Under the pieces are notes generated by a model. It saw only the letters and a program-made list of their open reading frames with translations, was not told the DNA's origin and did not search any database. Made by a program: the position numbers and the translations under genes. Below, one piece after another: positions 1 to 9,608 of a stretch of 64,000 nucleotides of DNA; the first letter of the stretch is position 1; every line of letters starts with the position of its first letter. This DNA is from Promethearchaeota archaeon. GTDB taxonomy: Archaea; Asgardarchaeota; Lokiarchaeia; Sigyniarchaeales; SOKP01. Location of the stretch: contig JAHPZI010000019.1 of the NCBI GenBank assembly GCA_019058295.1, forward strand, positions 1 through 64,000, read 5' to 3'.

Positions 1-2
1 CC

Positions 3-428
3 CCTCAAGATAAAGAGCTTCTTATTTCTATTGGTTTACAATTAGGAATAGCGATCGATAAGATAAAAAATGAAGAAAATTTAAGACATAGTGAAACGAG
101 AAATAAATTTCTACTTAATAATATTCCTTTTTCTATTTTTAGAATGTCTAAGGAGGGGTTGATTGTTGAGGTTAAACTCTCTAAAGGTTTAATGAAAAAT
201 GTTATTCCAGAAGATTTTTTAGGTAAAAATTTACGGGAATTACTTCCGAGTTTTGCTGCTAAAGAAATAATTCATCAGATAGAAGAATCGATTATTTTAA
301 AAAAAATTCACAATATAAAATTAATTTTACAAATAAAAAATAAACCAACTATTTTTCAAGCCTTTATAGATTCAATTGGAGATAATGAAGTTCTTGTTTT
401 TCTTCAAAATGTTACCCGAAGTTGGTAG
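3..428 (+). CDS. 5'-truncated sensory protein: end of GAF-like domain followed by PAS-like domain
   Basis: The frame is open from the window edge (PQDKELLISIGLQLGIAIDKIK..., a typical GAF C-terminal helix). It continues LRHSETRNKFLLNNIPFSIFRMSKEG...FLGKNLRELLP...VFLQNVT (PAS pattern). The ORF track starts at an internal Met (144). Confidence 0.6.
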   Translation, partial: PQDKELLISIGLQLGIAIDKIKNEENLRHSETRNKFLLNNIPFSIFRMSKEGLIVEVKLSKGLMKNVIPEDFLGKNLRELLPSFAAKEIIHQIEESIILKKIHNIKLILQIKNKPTIFQAFIDSIGDNEVLVFLQNVTRSW

Positions 429-510
429 AGAATTGTTTTAGGATAATTATTACATTGTGAAATTATCTCTCATTTTATCAACAAATAAATAGTATGCCCC
501 CAATTAAAAA

Positions 511-1551
511 TTAAATATTCAGATTCTTCCTTATATACTCAGATTTCTCGTAAAATTCATTCGCAACAGAATCATCTCCTATTTCTATACAAAGCTCAGC
601 AATTTTTTCGAATAATATTATTGTTTGTTCAAAATTTTCTTGCTCCAAAGCATTTTGAACTTCTAAAATTAATTTATCTCTTTCATATAGAGGTTTTAAT
701 AAAGGTGATATGTCATTTTTTATATCCAAGATATCAGCAATGATTTGAATCATTTTAATTTTATTTTCTGGATCAATAGCAATCATTGAATATGCTTTTA
801 AACCCATTATTTTTTCGATTTTTTCAACACTTAAAGCATCTTCTATATCTTGTTTATTTGCTATAATAGCTGCATGAGCATATGGTGCTTGTTCATTTAT
901 TAAATTAACAAAGAATTTACTTTTTTCGATATTTTCTAAAGTTGAATTAGTAATTAAAAGAACGGCATCACTCCCTTTAATAAATTTATTCCAAAGAAAA
1001 TTAAATTGTTCTTGCCCAGCAAAATCCCATAGATTAAAAAATAATCTTCCAATCTTAATAACAGAAACTTCTCCTGTAATAGTAGGAACATGCATCATAG
1101 GAATTTCTTCCGATCTTATTAGTTTCGTAATAGTGGTTTTTCCTACTCCAGAAAATCCTATCAATGATATTTTAGGTTTTAAATTTTTATGAATATTATC
1201 AATAAAAGGATTTATCATCTCAAAATTTGTTTTATTTGTATAATCAATGTTAAGATTATCGAATACATCTAGGAATTCTCTCTTTAATTTGAATAACTCA
1301 AGCTTAATTTTATCGAAATCATCAGTTAAATCAGTTACGAAAATAAAAATTAGTTTTAAATCTTTTTCTACTATATAAGAGAGTTTAAATTTAAAATAAT
1401 TAAAATTGCCAAAATCAGTACTCAATTTAGAAATAATTTCTGCTTTTATATTTTTTAGAACATCCTTAAAAACTGATTTGTCTAAAGCTTGAGCATAAAA
1501 TCTATTATAAACAATCTCATCATTTATAATTATGTATACTTGTCTTAACAT
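511..1551 (-). CDS. Longin-like domain + Arf/Rab-superfamily small GTPase + C-terminal helical bundle
   Basis: G1 GFSGVGKTT, G2 PTIT, G3 WDFAGQE, G4 NKQD. The N-terminal ~120 aa has a beta-beta-alpha-beta-beta-beta-alpha longin-like pattern, and the tail is helical. Confidence 0.8.
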   Translation of the reverse strand: MLRQVYIIINDEIVYNRFYAQALDKSVFKDVLKNIKAEIISKLSTDFGNFNYFKFKLSYIVEKDLKLIFIFVTDLTDDFDKIKLELFKLKREFLDVFDNLNIDYTNKTNFEMINPFIDNIHKNLKPKISLIGFSGVGKTTITKLIRSEEIPMMHVPTITGEVSVIKIGRLFFNLWDFAGQEQFNFLWNKFIKGSDAVLLITNSTLENIEKSKFFVNLINEQAPYAHAAIIANKQDIEDALSVEKIEKIMGLKAYSMIAIDPENKIKMIQIIADILDIKNDISPLLKPLYERDKLILEVQNALEQENFEQTIILFEKIAELCIEIGDDSVANEFYEKSEYIRKNLNI

Positions 1552-1583
1552 TTCATTTATTTTGTCTTAATCAAGTTAATATT

Positions 1584-2483
1584 TTATTTTTTTTTCAATT
1601 CAACTTTAAATTTATCAATTAAATCCAATAAGTCATTTTTACCTAAAGTCTCAGAGATAAATATTACATTTTGAAAGTTAGGAGATAAATTGCTGATATT
1701 TTCCATCACCATATATAAAACTTTTGAATGCGAATCTATTAAGCTAAAATTGCTTTCTTTAGGAGTTTTACTTAAATTGTAAACTTTTTCATGTAAATTT
1801 GGAATCAAGGTATTATCAAAATCTTGAGTGTTTGCTTGAATTATGATGTTACTATTATTATCAGTAACAAAACATATTGTTCTAGATAAATTAGCGATTA
1901 TAAGATTAGTTAAATCCTTTAATTTTAAAGCATTTTCAGAGAAATTACTTATAATATCAGAAATAGCATTATAACTACTATAAATCAAATCTGGATACAA
2001 ACTTGTAAAATAAAAATTTAATTCTACTGGCAAATTTAATTGATTTATTACTTGCTCTTTAAGTAAATTAATCTTTCCTCTCATCTTTTGACTAATTAAA
2101 TCAATTTTGTGTAAAAATAAAAAAATCTTAGTTTTGTAATTTCTATTTTTAATGATCCTATATATTTTTCCGATATCATCAATAATTTCTTGAGATTGGC
2201 TAATCCAATTTTCGTAATCAAATATATATATGATTGCCTTTGAATTTTCGAAAAGCTGTATCTGTTTTTCCTCATCTTCTAATAAAATTGGTAAAGATTG
2301 TCCTGGTGTGTCAACTAAGCTTATTTTTACATCAATAAAATCATGGACTGAAAATTTTGTGCCTATAGTAGCTTCAAGGGGGAATAAAATTAATTTATTT
2401 GGATCTCCTCCCTCAAAAATAACTTTCTTAATTGTTGTTTTACCGACATTTGGCAAACCCACAAGCGTAATTTTTAAAACCAT
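1584..2483 (-). CDS. Rag/Gtr-like small GTPase with C-terminal roadblock-like domain
   Basis: GLPNVGKTT, ATIG, DTPGQ, HKID and TSL motifs match the Rag pattern (HKxD, TS-hydrophobic). The ~120 aa C-terminal domain sits where Rags carry a roadblock fold. Confidence 0.8.
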   Translation of the reverse strand: MVLKITLVGLPNVGKTTIKKVIFEGGDPNKLILFPLEATIGTKFSVHDFIDVKISLVDTPGQSLPILLEDEEKQIQLFENSKAIIYIFDYENWISQSQEIIDDIGKIYRIIKNRNYKTKIFLFLHKIDLISQKMRGKINLLKEQVINQLNLPVELNFYFTSLYPDLIYSSYNAISDIISNFSENALKLKDLTNLIIANLSRTICFVTDNNSNIIIQANTQDFDNTLIPNLHEKVYNLSKTPKESNFSLIDSHSKVLYMVMENISNLSPNFQNVIFISETLGKNDLLDLIDKFKVELKKK

Positions 2484-2673
2484 ATCAATAACTTTGTTAT
2501 TTTAATTTAATGCTATATTTCTATTCAAAAAATGAAAATATCATTCTATTACTACGCACATATAAAAATAATTTATACATTTAAACTTGAGTATAAAAAT
2601 ATCATCTTTTTCAAAAATTAAGCAATTGCACCAAATTATTAATAATAGATTTATAAAAAAATAAGATATATCA

Positions 2674-2982
2674 TTAATCCTTTTTTAAAATAAGTTTATT
2701 TATTGGTATATCTTGCCATTCTCCTGAAGGAAGTTCACGGCGTATAGTGAGCGGTAGGATTCCTTCTCTAAGTTCTAATTGAGCAATTCTAATAGGATCA
2801 ATCATATTTTTTGGCTTTTCAATTAATATTGGAGCCCCAAAACTTATCTGTAATGCACGTGCCCCTACTATTCGAGCTTTTTCATATCGGGTTAAAAAGA
2901 TTGTTCCAATCTTAATATATTTTTTTACTTCTTTATAGAGTTTCCTTAAGTTACGAGATTGTAAGAAACTTGATTCAGGCAC
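2674..2982 (-). CDS. rpo6: DNA-directed RNA polymerase subunit Rpo6 (K/omega)
   Basis: Signature LTRYEKARIVGARALQIS.GAP...LPLTIRRELP. Probable start is GTG at 2982; the longer ORF-track call runs into the tRNA. Confidence 0.93.
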   Translation of the reverse strand: MPESSFLQSRNLRKLYKEVKKYIKIGTIFLTRYEKARIVGARALQISFGAPILIEKPKNMIDPIRIAQLELREGILPLTIRRELPSGEWQDIPINKLILKKD

Positions 2983-3067
2983 GGTTAAAATAACCAAAAA
3001 TAAGTTATTACCCAATAACATATATGATATCATATAACTTTTTTGGTTTTTATTGACATAATAATAA

Positions 3068-3142
3068 TGCGCAAGGAGGGATTCGAACCCTCGCCCTACA
3101 CGGTGTGAGCGTGTCGTTATCGCCAAGCTAAACCACTCGCGC
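3068..3142 (-). tRNA. tRNA-Val(CAC), intronless, CCA not encoded
   Basis: The reverse complement folds into a cloverleaf: acceptor GCGCGAG/CTTGCGC + A, anticodon stem ACACG/CGTGT with loop CT-CAC-AC, T arm GAGGG-TTCGAAT-CCCTC. Confidence 0.95.
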
Positions 3143-3325
3143 AATTAAACAATTTAAAATAATGAGTATTAGGAATTAAAATTTTCACATTTAATATTAT
3201 AATTTATTCTTATGATACTAATTATCAATATGATATTAATTTATTTTAAGAGATCCTTCAGACTCTATTATTTTAAATAATTTCTTTAAATCATACTATT
3301 ATAAGCTACAAAGGAATTATGGTTA

Positions 3326-5674
3326 ATGGTGATTTCATTATCGAAAGCTAAAAAATTTATTACTCATCCGTTAATTAGGAAAGATTTAATTATAAGGCGA
3401 GCATATCAAGAAAAAATCTTTATTAAATGCTTAAATTGTAATTGTTTAGTCGTAATTCCTACGGGTTTGGGTAAAACCATCATAGCTCTTATGCTAGGTG
3501 TGCATAGATTAACAGAAAAATCAAATTCTAAAGTTGTTTTTTTAGCGCCAACAAAACCATTAGTAGAACAACATTATAAATCATTTTTAGAATTTACTCT
3601 ACTTCCACCAGAATCGTTAAAACCCATTACGGGATCAATAGTACCCGAAAAAAGGAAGAAAATATGGAAAAAGTTAGAAATTGCTTTTATGACACCTCAA
3701 GTGCTTCAAAACGATATTATTTCAAATCTATATTCAATTAAAGAGATATCATTAATTATTTTTGATGAATGTCATAGAGCAGTAGGGGATTATGCGTATT
3801 GTTTTATCGCCAAAAAATATTTAGAAGAATCAAATTTTCCCCAAATATTAGGTCTCACAGCAAGTCCTGGTTCCACGGAGGAGAAGATTAATGAGATTAA
3901 GACTAATCTATACATTGATCACGTAGAAGTTAGAACTGAAAAAGACTTGGATGTGAAACCATATATACATAATGTAGATAATGAATGGGTTAAAATCAAG
4001 CTTCCAAAAGAATTTTTAGATATAAAAAAAATACTGACAGAAAAATTAAAAGAAATTTACAAATGGTTAAGACAAAACGAATTATTAGAATCCTATGATA
4101 TCAATAAAATCACCAGAAAAGATTTGTTAAAGCTAAATAGAATAATTAACGGTAAGATTTCTGCGACACGGGATACCAATGAAAAATTCCAAATGTTTTA
4201 CGCTAAAAAATTGCAAGCAAATGCAATTAGAATATCCCATATGTTAGAACTAATTGAAACTCAAGGAATTAACGCATTAAAGGATTATATCGAAAAGAAT
4301 GAAGAAAAGATAAAGAAAAATACTGCCAACAAATCATTAAAAGAATTATTTTTCGATGAAGATTTCAAGCACGTAAAGCGGTTAACATATAAGTTCTTAA
4401 CTGAAGGCATTGTTCATCCAAAGTTAGAAAAATTAAAAGAGATATTGTCTAATCAATTAAATGAAAATAAAAAATCAAGAGTATTAGTCTTCTGTCATTT
4501 TAGAGATTCGGTAAACAATATAGTGCGTTTTTTTGAAAATGATACGCTAATTAGAGCTCATAAATTCGTTGGACAAGCAAATAAAGGTTCGGACAAAGGT
4601 TTAACCCAAAAGGAACAAATAAAATTGTTGGAAGAATTCAAAGAAGGTATCTATAATACATTGATAGGGACGAGCGTGGCTGAAGAAGGACTCGATATCG
4701 CAGAATGCGACTTAGTAGTTTTTTATGATGTTGTACCTAGTGCGATACGTTCCATACAACGCCGTGGTCGCACAGGAAGAAAGAAAGAAGGTAAAGTGTT
4801 CATATTGATGGCCAAAGATACAAGGGACGAAGGATATTATTGGGCTGAAAAAAGAAAAGAAAAAAATATGAATGAAAGTTTAAATAAAATGAAAGAATCT
4901 GAAAGCCAAACTAAATCGGGACAACCTAATCTTTTAAATTTTATTTCTAAAGAAAAAGAAAAGAAAAATGAAACAAAAGAAGAAAAAGAAAAAGAACACA
5001 TTTCAATAACAAGAATCGATAGTGCCGATGAATTTAGGATCGTATGTGACAACCGAGAAACTTCTTCCCCGGTTGTTCGAAATTTATCGTTAATTGGAAT
5101 AAATTTAAAATTAGAACAGTTAGCCGTAGCCGATTACATAATTTCGAATAGGGTTGGTATTGAAAGAAAAACATCTCAAGATTTTAATGATTCTTTAAAA
5201 GATGGAAGGTTATTTAACGAATTACTAGAATTAAAAAATAATTTTGAGAGACCAATTTTAATTTTAGAAGGAGATCCTTTTTTAAATTCAAACATTAACG
5301 AGAATGCTCTTTATGGAGCAATAACTTCAATTATCCTAAATTTAGGGATAATGATATATAAGACACAAAATTCAACGGAAACCGCCATGTTTTTATATCA
5401 GCTAGCTAAAAAAGAGCAATCTGTATCAAAAAGTAAAATTAAATTACGATTTGATAAAGCCCCTATTGAATTTTCTCATTTATTAGAATATATTGTTGCT
5501 GGAATTCCCGGTGTGAATTCTTTAAGAGCTAAAAATTTACTGCGCGATTTAAAAACTCTAAAAAATATAGTTAATTCCGACATTGGAGAATTAATGAAAG
5601 TTGAGAACATCGGTAAAAAAATTGCTCAAGATATCTATAAAATAGCAAGATGGAAATACCAAAATAAATCGTAA
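3326..5674 (+). CDS. hef: Hef (FANCM/Mph1-like DEAH helicase + ERCC4 nuclease + HhH)
   Basis: PTGLGKT, DECH, TASPG, EEGLD, QRRGRTGR helicase motifs; nuclease D.RE...ADY...ERKTSQDF; HhH IPGV...VENIG. Confidence 0.95.
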   Translation: MVISLSKAKKFITHPLIRKDLIIRRAYQEKIFIKCLNCNCLVVIPTGLGKTIIALMLGVHRLTEKSNSKVVFLAPTKPLVEQHYKSFLEFTLLPPESLKPITGSIVPEKRKKIWKKLEIAFMTPQVLQNDIISNLYSIKEISLIIFDECHRAVGDYAYCFIAKKYLEESNFPQILGLTASPGSTEEKINEIKTNLYIDHVEVRTEKDLDVKPYIHNVDNEWVKIKLPKEFLDIKKILTEKLKEIYKWLRQNELLESYDINKITRKDLLKLNRIINGKISATRDTNEKFQMFYAKKLQANAIRISHMLELIETQGINALKDYIEKNEEKIKKNTANKSLKELFFDEDFKHVKRLTYKFLTEGIVHPKLEKLKEILSNQLNENKKSRVLVFCHFRDSVNNIVRFFENDTLIRAHKFVGQANKGSDKGLTQKEQIKLLEEFKEGIYNTLIGTSVAEEGLDIAECDLVVFYDVVPSAIRSIQRRGRTGRKKEGKVFILMAKDTRDEGYYWAEKRKEKNMNESLNKMKESESQTKSGQPNLLNFISKEKEKKNETKEEKEKEHISITRIDSADEFRIVCDNRETSSPVVRNLSLIGINLKLEQLAVADYIISNRVGIERKTSQDFNDSLKDGRLFNELLELKNNFERPILILEGDPFLNSNINENALYGAITSIILNLGIMIYKTQNSTETAMFLYQLAKKEQSVSKSKIKLRFDKAPIEFSHLLEYIVAGIPGVNSLRAKNLLRDLKTLKNIVNSDIGELMKVENIGKKIAQDIYKIARWKYQNKS

Positions 5675-5864
5675 ATCAGTAAATATTATTAACCATCTTA
5701 ATTAATAATAATATAATTGAATTAGAATCAAATTAAATACATTAATACTTATATACTATTAAACTAATAATTGGATAAAAAATGAAGACCAGTTCACTCA
5801 TAACAATGAATTCTCGTAGTAAATCTTCCAATTATCTTATTCAGCCGACGAGGTGAAAAAATTT

Positions 5865-6470
5865 TTGATTAAGTTTAAGGTTGTCATTGCGGGAGCCAAA
5901 AATGCGGGAAAAACCTCCCTACTTCGGCGATACGCAACTGGTAAATTTGATACAAGTACCCTTAGTACTATTGGTGTGGATTTTGAAACCAAAAAAGTTG
6001 CTGTGAACACGGAGGATGGAAGTTCACTCGATATTCTTTTAAATTTATGGGATTTCGGGGGTGAAAAAAAGTTCCGTATTCTTTTTCCTTCTTATGTTTC
6101 TGGTGCATCCGGAGCTTTATTACTCTACGATATTACAAATAAAGATTCTTTGGCAGACCTTCACAATTGGATAAGTATCATAGATAATGTTCAAAATCCT
6201 CCAAGGACGAAAATATTATTAGAGCATAAAATAGATTTGGAAGACCAAAGGGAAGTTTCTAGAGATGATGCGATGGAGATCTTTAGACAATATAAGTTTG
6301 AAGGAGAAATCATAGGGACTTCGGCAAAAACTGGTGAAAATGTAGAACAGGCTTTTAAGATGTTAGGAGAACAGATTCTTAAAAATTCTCTAATAAAATG
6401 CTCCAATTGTGAGAAGCATTATCCAATTGAATTGAAATTTTGCCAATATTGTGGCTCAAAACGCTTTTAA
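5865..6470 (+). CDS. Rab-like small GTPase with C-terminal zinc ribbon
   Basis: GAKNAGKTS, TIGVDF, WDFGGE, YDIT, HKID, TSAKTG, then CSNC-x10-CQYC. Start placed at TTG behind SD GAGGTGA; the ORF track uses the GTG at 5853. Confidence 0.88.
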   Translation: MIKFKVVIAGAKNAGKTSLLRRYATGKFDTSTLSTIGVDFETKKVAVNTEDGSSLDILLNLWDFGGEKKFRILFPSYVSGASGALLLYDITNKDSLADLHNWISIIDNVQNPPRTKILLEHKIDLEDQREVSRDDAMEIFRQYKFEGEIIGTSAKTGENVEQAFKMLGEQILKNSLIKCSNCEKHYPIELKFCQYCGSKRF

Positions 6471-6618
6471 ATTTTTTAAAATGGTTTTTTCAAATATTTG
6501 CATCTTTTCCTAAGATAATTTTATTTCTAAAGATTCCTTTTTTTTAAAAAAGAATAAATCTTAAAGAAAATTTTACAAATAAAAATCATTAAAAAAACTT
6601 ATAATAGTCGTTGTTGAA

Positions 6619-7695
6619 ATGAGCTATAACATTAATGATGATATTCAAGAAATTATAAATAGAATTGAGAAAGATAATATCTCCTTTAAAAATAAAACAA
6701 TATTAGTGACAGGGGGAGCTGGATTTCTCGGCTCATGGGTTTGTGACGTTTTGGTTAAGCAAGGAGCGTATTGTATCTGTTTGGACAATTTATCATCTGG
6801 ACGCTATGAAAATATATCTCATTTAATGGAAGAAGAAAATTTTCGATTTCTAAATCACGATATTTCTAAGCCAATTTATTTTGGTTTGACTCATCATCCA
6901 CGTGGTGTTTGTATTGGAGATATTAAGAAAATTGATATCGTTATACATATGGCAAGCAGAGCATCGCCTTTTGAATTCAAACAATATCCAATATCTATTC
7001 TTAAAAGTAATACGCTTGGGACAATGATCGCATTAAATGTCGCTAAGAAACATAATTCTATATTCTTCTACACGAGTACATCAGAGATTTACGGAAATCC
7101 TCCAAAAGAAGCAGTTCCTACATCTGAAAGTTATTTTGGACATGTGAATCCTGTAGGTCCTCGCAGTTGTTATGATGAATCAAAAAGAGCTGGAGAAGCT
7201 TTTATAAAAGCTTACGAACTTGAACATAATTTAAGAACGAAAATTATTAGGATTTTTAACACATCTGGTCCACGCATTCGATATGGAGCTGAATTTGGTA
7301 GAGTTATTCCAAATTTTATACATCAGGCTTTACACGATGAAGATATCACTATATTTGGCGATGGGTCCCAGACACGTTCTTTTACTTATGTTGTGGATGA
7401 AATTGAGGGTATATTAAAGACAGTCCATAAGGATGAAGCAATTGGAGAGGTTATCAATCTTGGAAATGATAAAGAACTCACAATTCTTGAATTAGCAAAA
7501 TTAATAATTGATATAACAAATTCAAATTCGAAAATAACATATCATCCACTTCCTATTGATGATCCTGTTAGAAGATGTCCGGTTTTAGATAAGGCAAAAG
7601 ATATTATAAATTGGCAACCAACAACTTCAACAGAAGAGGGTTTAAAAAAAACCATTGCGTGGTTTAAGGATATTGAGCAAACCAAATACACGTAA
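6619..7695 (+). CDS. UDP-glucuronate decarboxylase (UXS)-like NAD-dependent epimerase/dehydratase
   Basis: TGGAGFLG, ASRASP, STSEIYG, GPRSCYDESKR, GDGSQTRSF and DDPVRRCP motifs. Confidence 0.88.
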   Translation: MSYNINDDIQEIINRIEKDNISFKNKTILVTGGAGFLGSWVCDVLVKQGAYCICLDNLSSGRYENISHLMEEENFRFLNHDISKPIYFGLTHHPRGVCIGDIKKIDIVIHMASRASPFEFKQYPISILKSNTLGTMIALNVAKKHNSIFFYTSTSEIYGNPPKEAVPTSESYFGHVNPVGPRSCYDESKRAGEAFIKAYELEHNLRTKIIRIFNTSGPRIRYGAEFGRVIPNFIHQALHDEDITIFGDGSQTRSFTYVVDEIEGILKTVHKDEAIGEVINLGNDKELTILELAKLIIDITNSNSKITYHPLPIDDPVRRCPVLDKAKDIINWQPTTSTEEGLKKTIAWFKDIEQTKYT

Positions 7696-8221
7696 AGAAC
7701 AAGAAAAAGCCGAATTACGGATTGAAAATATACGATTTCAAAAAATCCTTAAAGTTAGTTTATTAATGGGTATAGTAATTGTTTCGGGCTTTATTATTTA
7801 TTATATTTGGTATTTTAATTTCTCGCAAAAAGAGGACTATGTGGGTTTTGGAATTCTTAACAATCGTAAAGAAGCAGAAGACTATCCAACGGTTGCATAC
7901 GTTAACCAGGAAATCCCATTTTATGTTACTGTTGAATGGAAGGCAAGTGCATTAAGCGATGATTTCACTTTTAAAGTTAGAGTTTATAGAGGAGATAGTG
8001 AAACTGAACTAACATCAGATGGATCACAGAACGCAGAATATCTTTATTCAACAGATAAAGAAACTTTAAAACCAAACGAGGAATGGGAATCTGATGAATT
8101 AAGCGTTTCTTTTCCTGAAAATGGAACAGATAAAATTATAATTGTGGAATTATGGGAATATACTGACAGTGAGAGAGAATTCTACGATATCTTATGGTTG
8201 CATTTAACCATAATTTCTTAA
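7655..8221 (+). CDS. DUF1616-like membrane-anchored protein
   Basis: Single TM helix followed by GFGILN...AEDYP and a C-terminal beta-rich domain ending LWLHLTI. True start possibly TTG at 7673. Confidence 0.6.
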   Translation: MRGLRILSKPNTRKEQEKAELRIENIRFQKILKVSLLMGIVIVSGFIIYYIWYFNFSQKEDYVGFGILNNRKEAEDYPTVAYVNQEIPFYVTVEWKASALSDDFTFKVRVYRGDSETELTSDGSQNAEYLYSTDKETLKPNEEWESDELSVSFPENGTDKIIIVELWEYTDSEREFYDILWLHLTIIS

Positions 8222-8237
8222 TATCTTGGATCGTAGT

Positions 8238-9608
8238 TTAATTTGCTGACCCAATAATCCTTACTTCCTTGATTCTTACAAAAGGGGCTTGATACCCCCC
8301 ATAAATATTAAATTCTTTAGAAACAGCGTCAATATTTTTAAAAAGATCCAAAAGATTTATCCCGAACATAGTTTCATTTAACGATTCCTTTATTTCTCCG
8401 TTTTTAACTATATTGCCGTGAAGTATTAATCCTGAAAAATCTCCCGTAGCTATATTTGGCGAATCACCTGTATAATCTAAAATTATTCCCTCTTTAACGT
8501 CTTTTATGATCTCATCTTTAGTATAATCACCGTTTTTTAGAATAAAATTTGAAACGCCGATTGCAGGTAAAGAACTATACGAACTTCGAGAAGCATTGCC
8601 CGTACTTTCAATTCCTTCTTTTCCTGCTGTATAGCTATTATGAATTAATTGAAGAAATTTGCCGTTTTCTATAATTTTTTTGTTTTTACAAGGAACACCT
8701 TCACCATCAAATTGAGCTGAACCGGATAGTCCATCAATTAAGGCATTATCATCAATATTTAAATAATTTGACCCAATAATTTCATTTCTTTTGCCAACAA
8801 GAAAACTTCTCTTATATTGGAAAGTTTCTCCATTTACGGCTGAAGCAATTGGACTTAAAATAAATCTAATTGTACCTTTGGGTGTTAATATTAATGGAAC
8901 TTTCATGTTTTTTATTTTAATGCGATTTAGATTTCGTTTAGCATCTTCTAATGCATTTTTAGCAGTTTTTACGGAGTTAATTTCTTTTAAACTTCTTTTT
9001 GATTGCCAATCACTCCCAGATGATATTTCTTTCCTTATTTTATCCTTAACGATAATATTTGAAGAAATTGTACAACTTGTCTCATTACCATTAATTTCTA
9101 TACCATTTGTGTTAAAAATGTATTTTTCTGAATAGTTGGAAATAAAATTTGCTGATTGAGATATCGCCATCTCGTCTTCGTTGCATATTTTAATTAAATC
9201 TTTAGCATATTTTATAGAATCTTCAATCTGTAAATTTTTTAAGTTAGAATCAAATAACCCCTTCACACTTGGATATTTATTATATTTTTCTGGTAAATTC
9301 TTAAAATCTAAATCTTCCGTACCAGCCATCATCATTTTAATTGCTATTGTAATCATCTTTTCAATTGACTTTTTATCTAAGTTATTCGTAAACGCAAATC
9401 CGAGTGAACCCCGTTTGTCAATTACTCTTATTGAAACACCAAAATCGCTCCCAATTTCGCTATTTTTAATAGAGTTTTCCTCGATTTCAATATTTATATA
9501 TTTATTTTTACCAAAAAATATTTCTGCACATCTTAAATTAGAATTACTTCTCTCTGCCAAATTTAAACCGTATTTAGCTAAACTATAAACATCAACCTTA
9601 TTATCCAT
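8238..9608 (-). CDS. pmbA: PmbA/TldE family protein (non-catalytic partner)
   Basis: FDGEGVP, STGNASR, GDFSG motifs; no HExxH; abuts TldD. Confidence 0.9.
   Translation of the reverse strand: MDNKVDVYSLAKYGLNLAERSNSNLRCAEIFFGKNKYINIEIEENSIKNSEIGSDFGVSIRVIDKRGSLGFAFTNNLDKKSIEKMITIAIKMMMAGTEDLDFKNLPEKYNKYPSVKGLFDSNLKNLQIEDSIKYAKDLIKICNEDEMAISQSANFISNYSEKYIFNTNGIEINGNETSCTISSNIIVKDKIRKEISSGSDWQSKRSLKEINSVKTAKNALEDAKRNLNRIKIKNMKVPLILTPKGTIRFILSPIASAVNGETFQYKRSFLVGKRNEIIGSNYLNIDDNALIDGLSGSAQFDGEGVPCKNKKIIENGKFLQLIHNSYTAGKEGIESTGNASRSSYSSLPAIGVSNFILKNGDYTKDEIIKDVKEGIILDYTGDSPNIATGDFSGLILHGNIVKNGEIKESLNETMFGINLLDLFKNIDAVSKEFNIYGGYQAPFVRIKEVRIIGSAN

Noticed and set aside
3068-3142. tRNA as an integration site for a mobile element
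   Set aside because: No second copy of the tRNA 3' end and no integrase were seen; the flanks are core genes.
2983-3144. N-terminal extension of Rpo6 in the ORF track
   Set aside because: It runs through the tRNA-Val gene and an AT-rich spacer, so it is a chance open frame.
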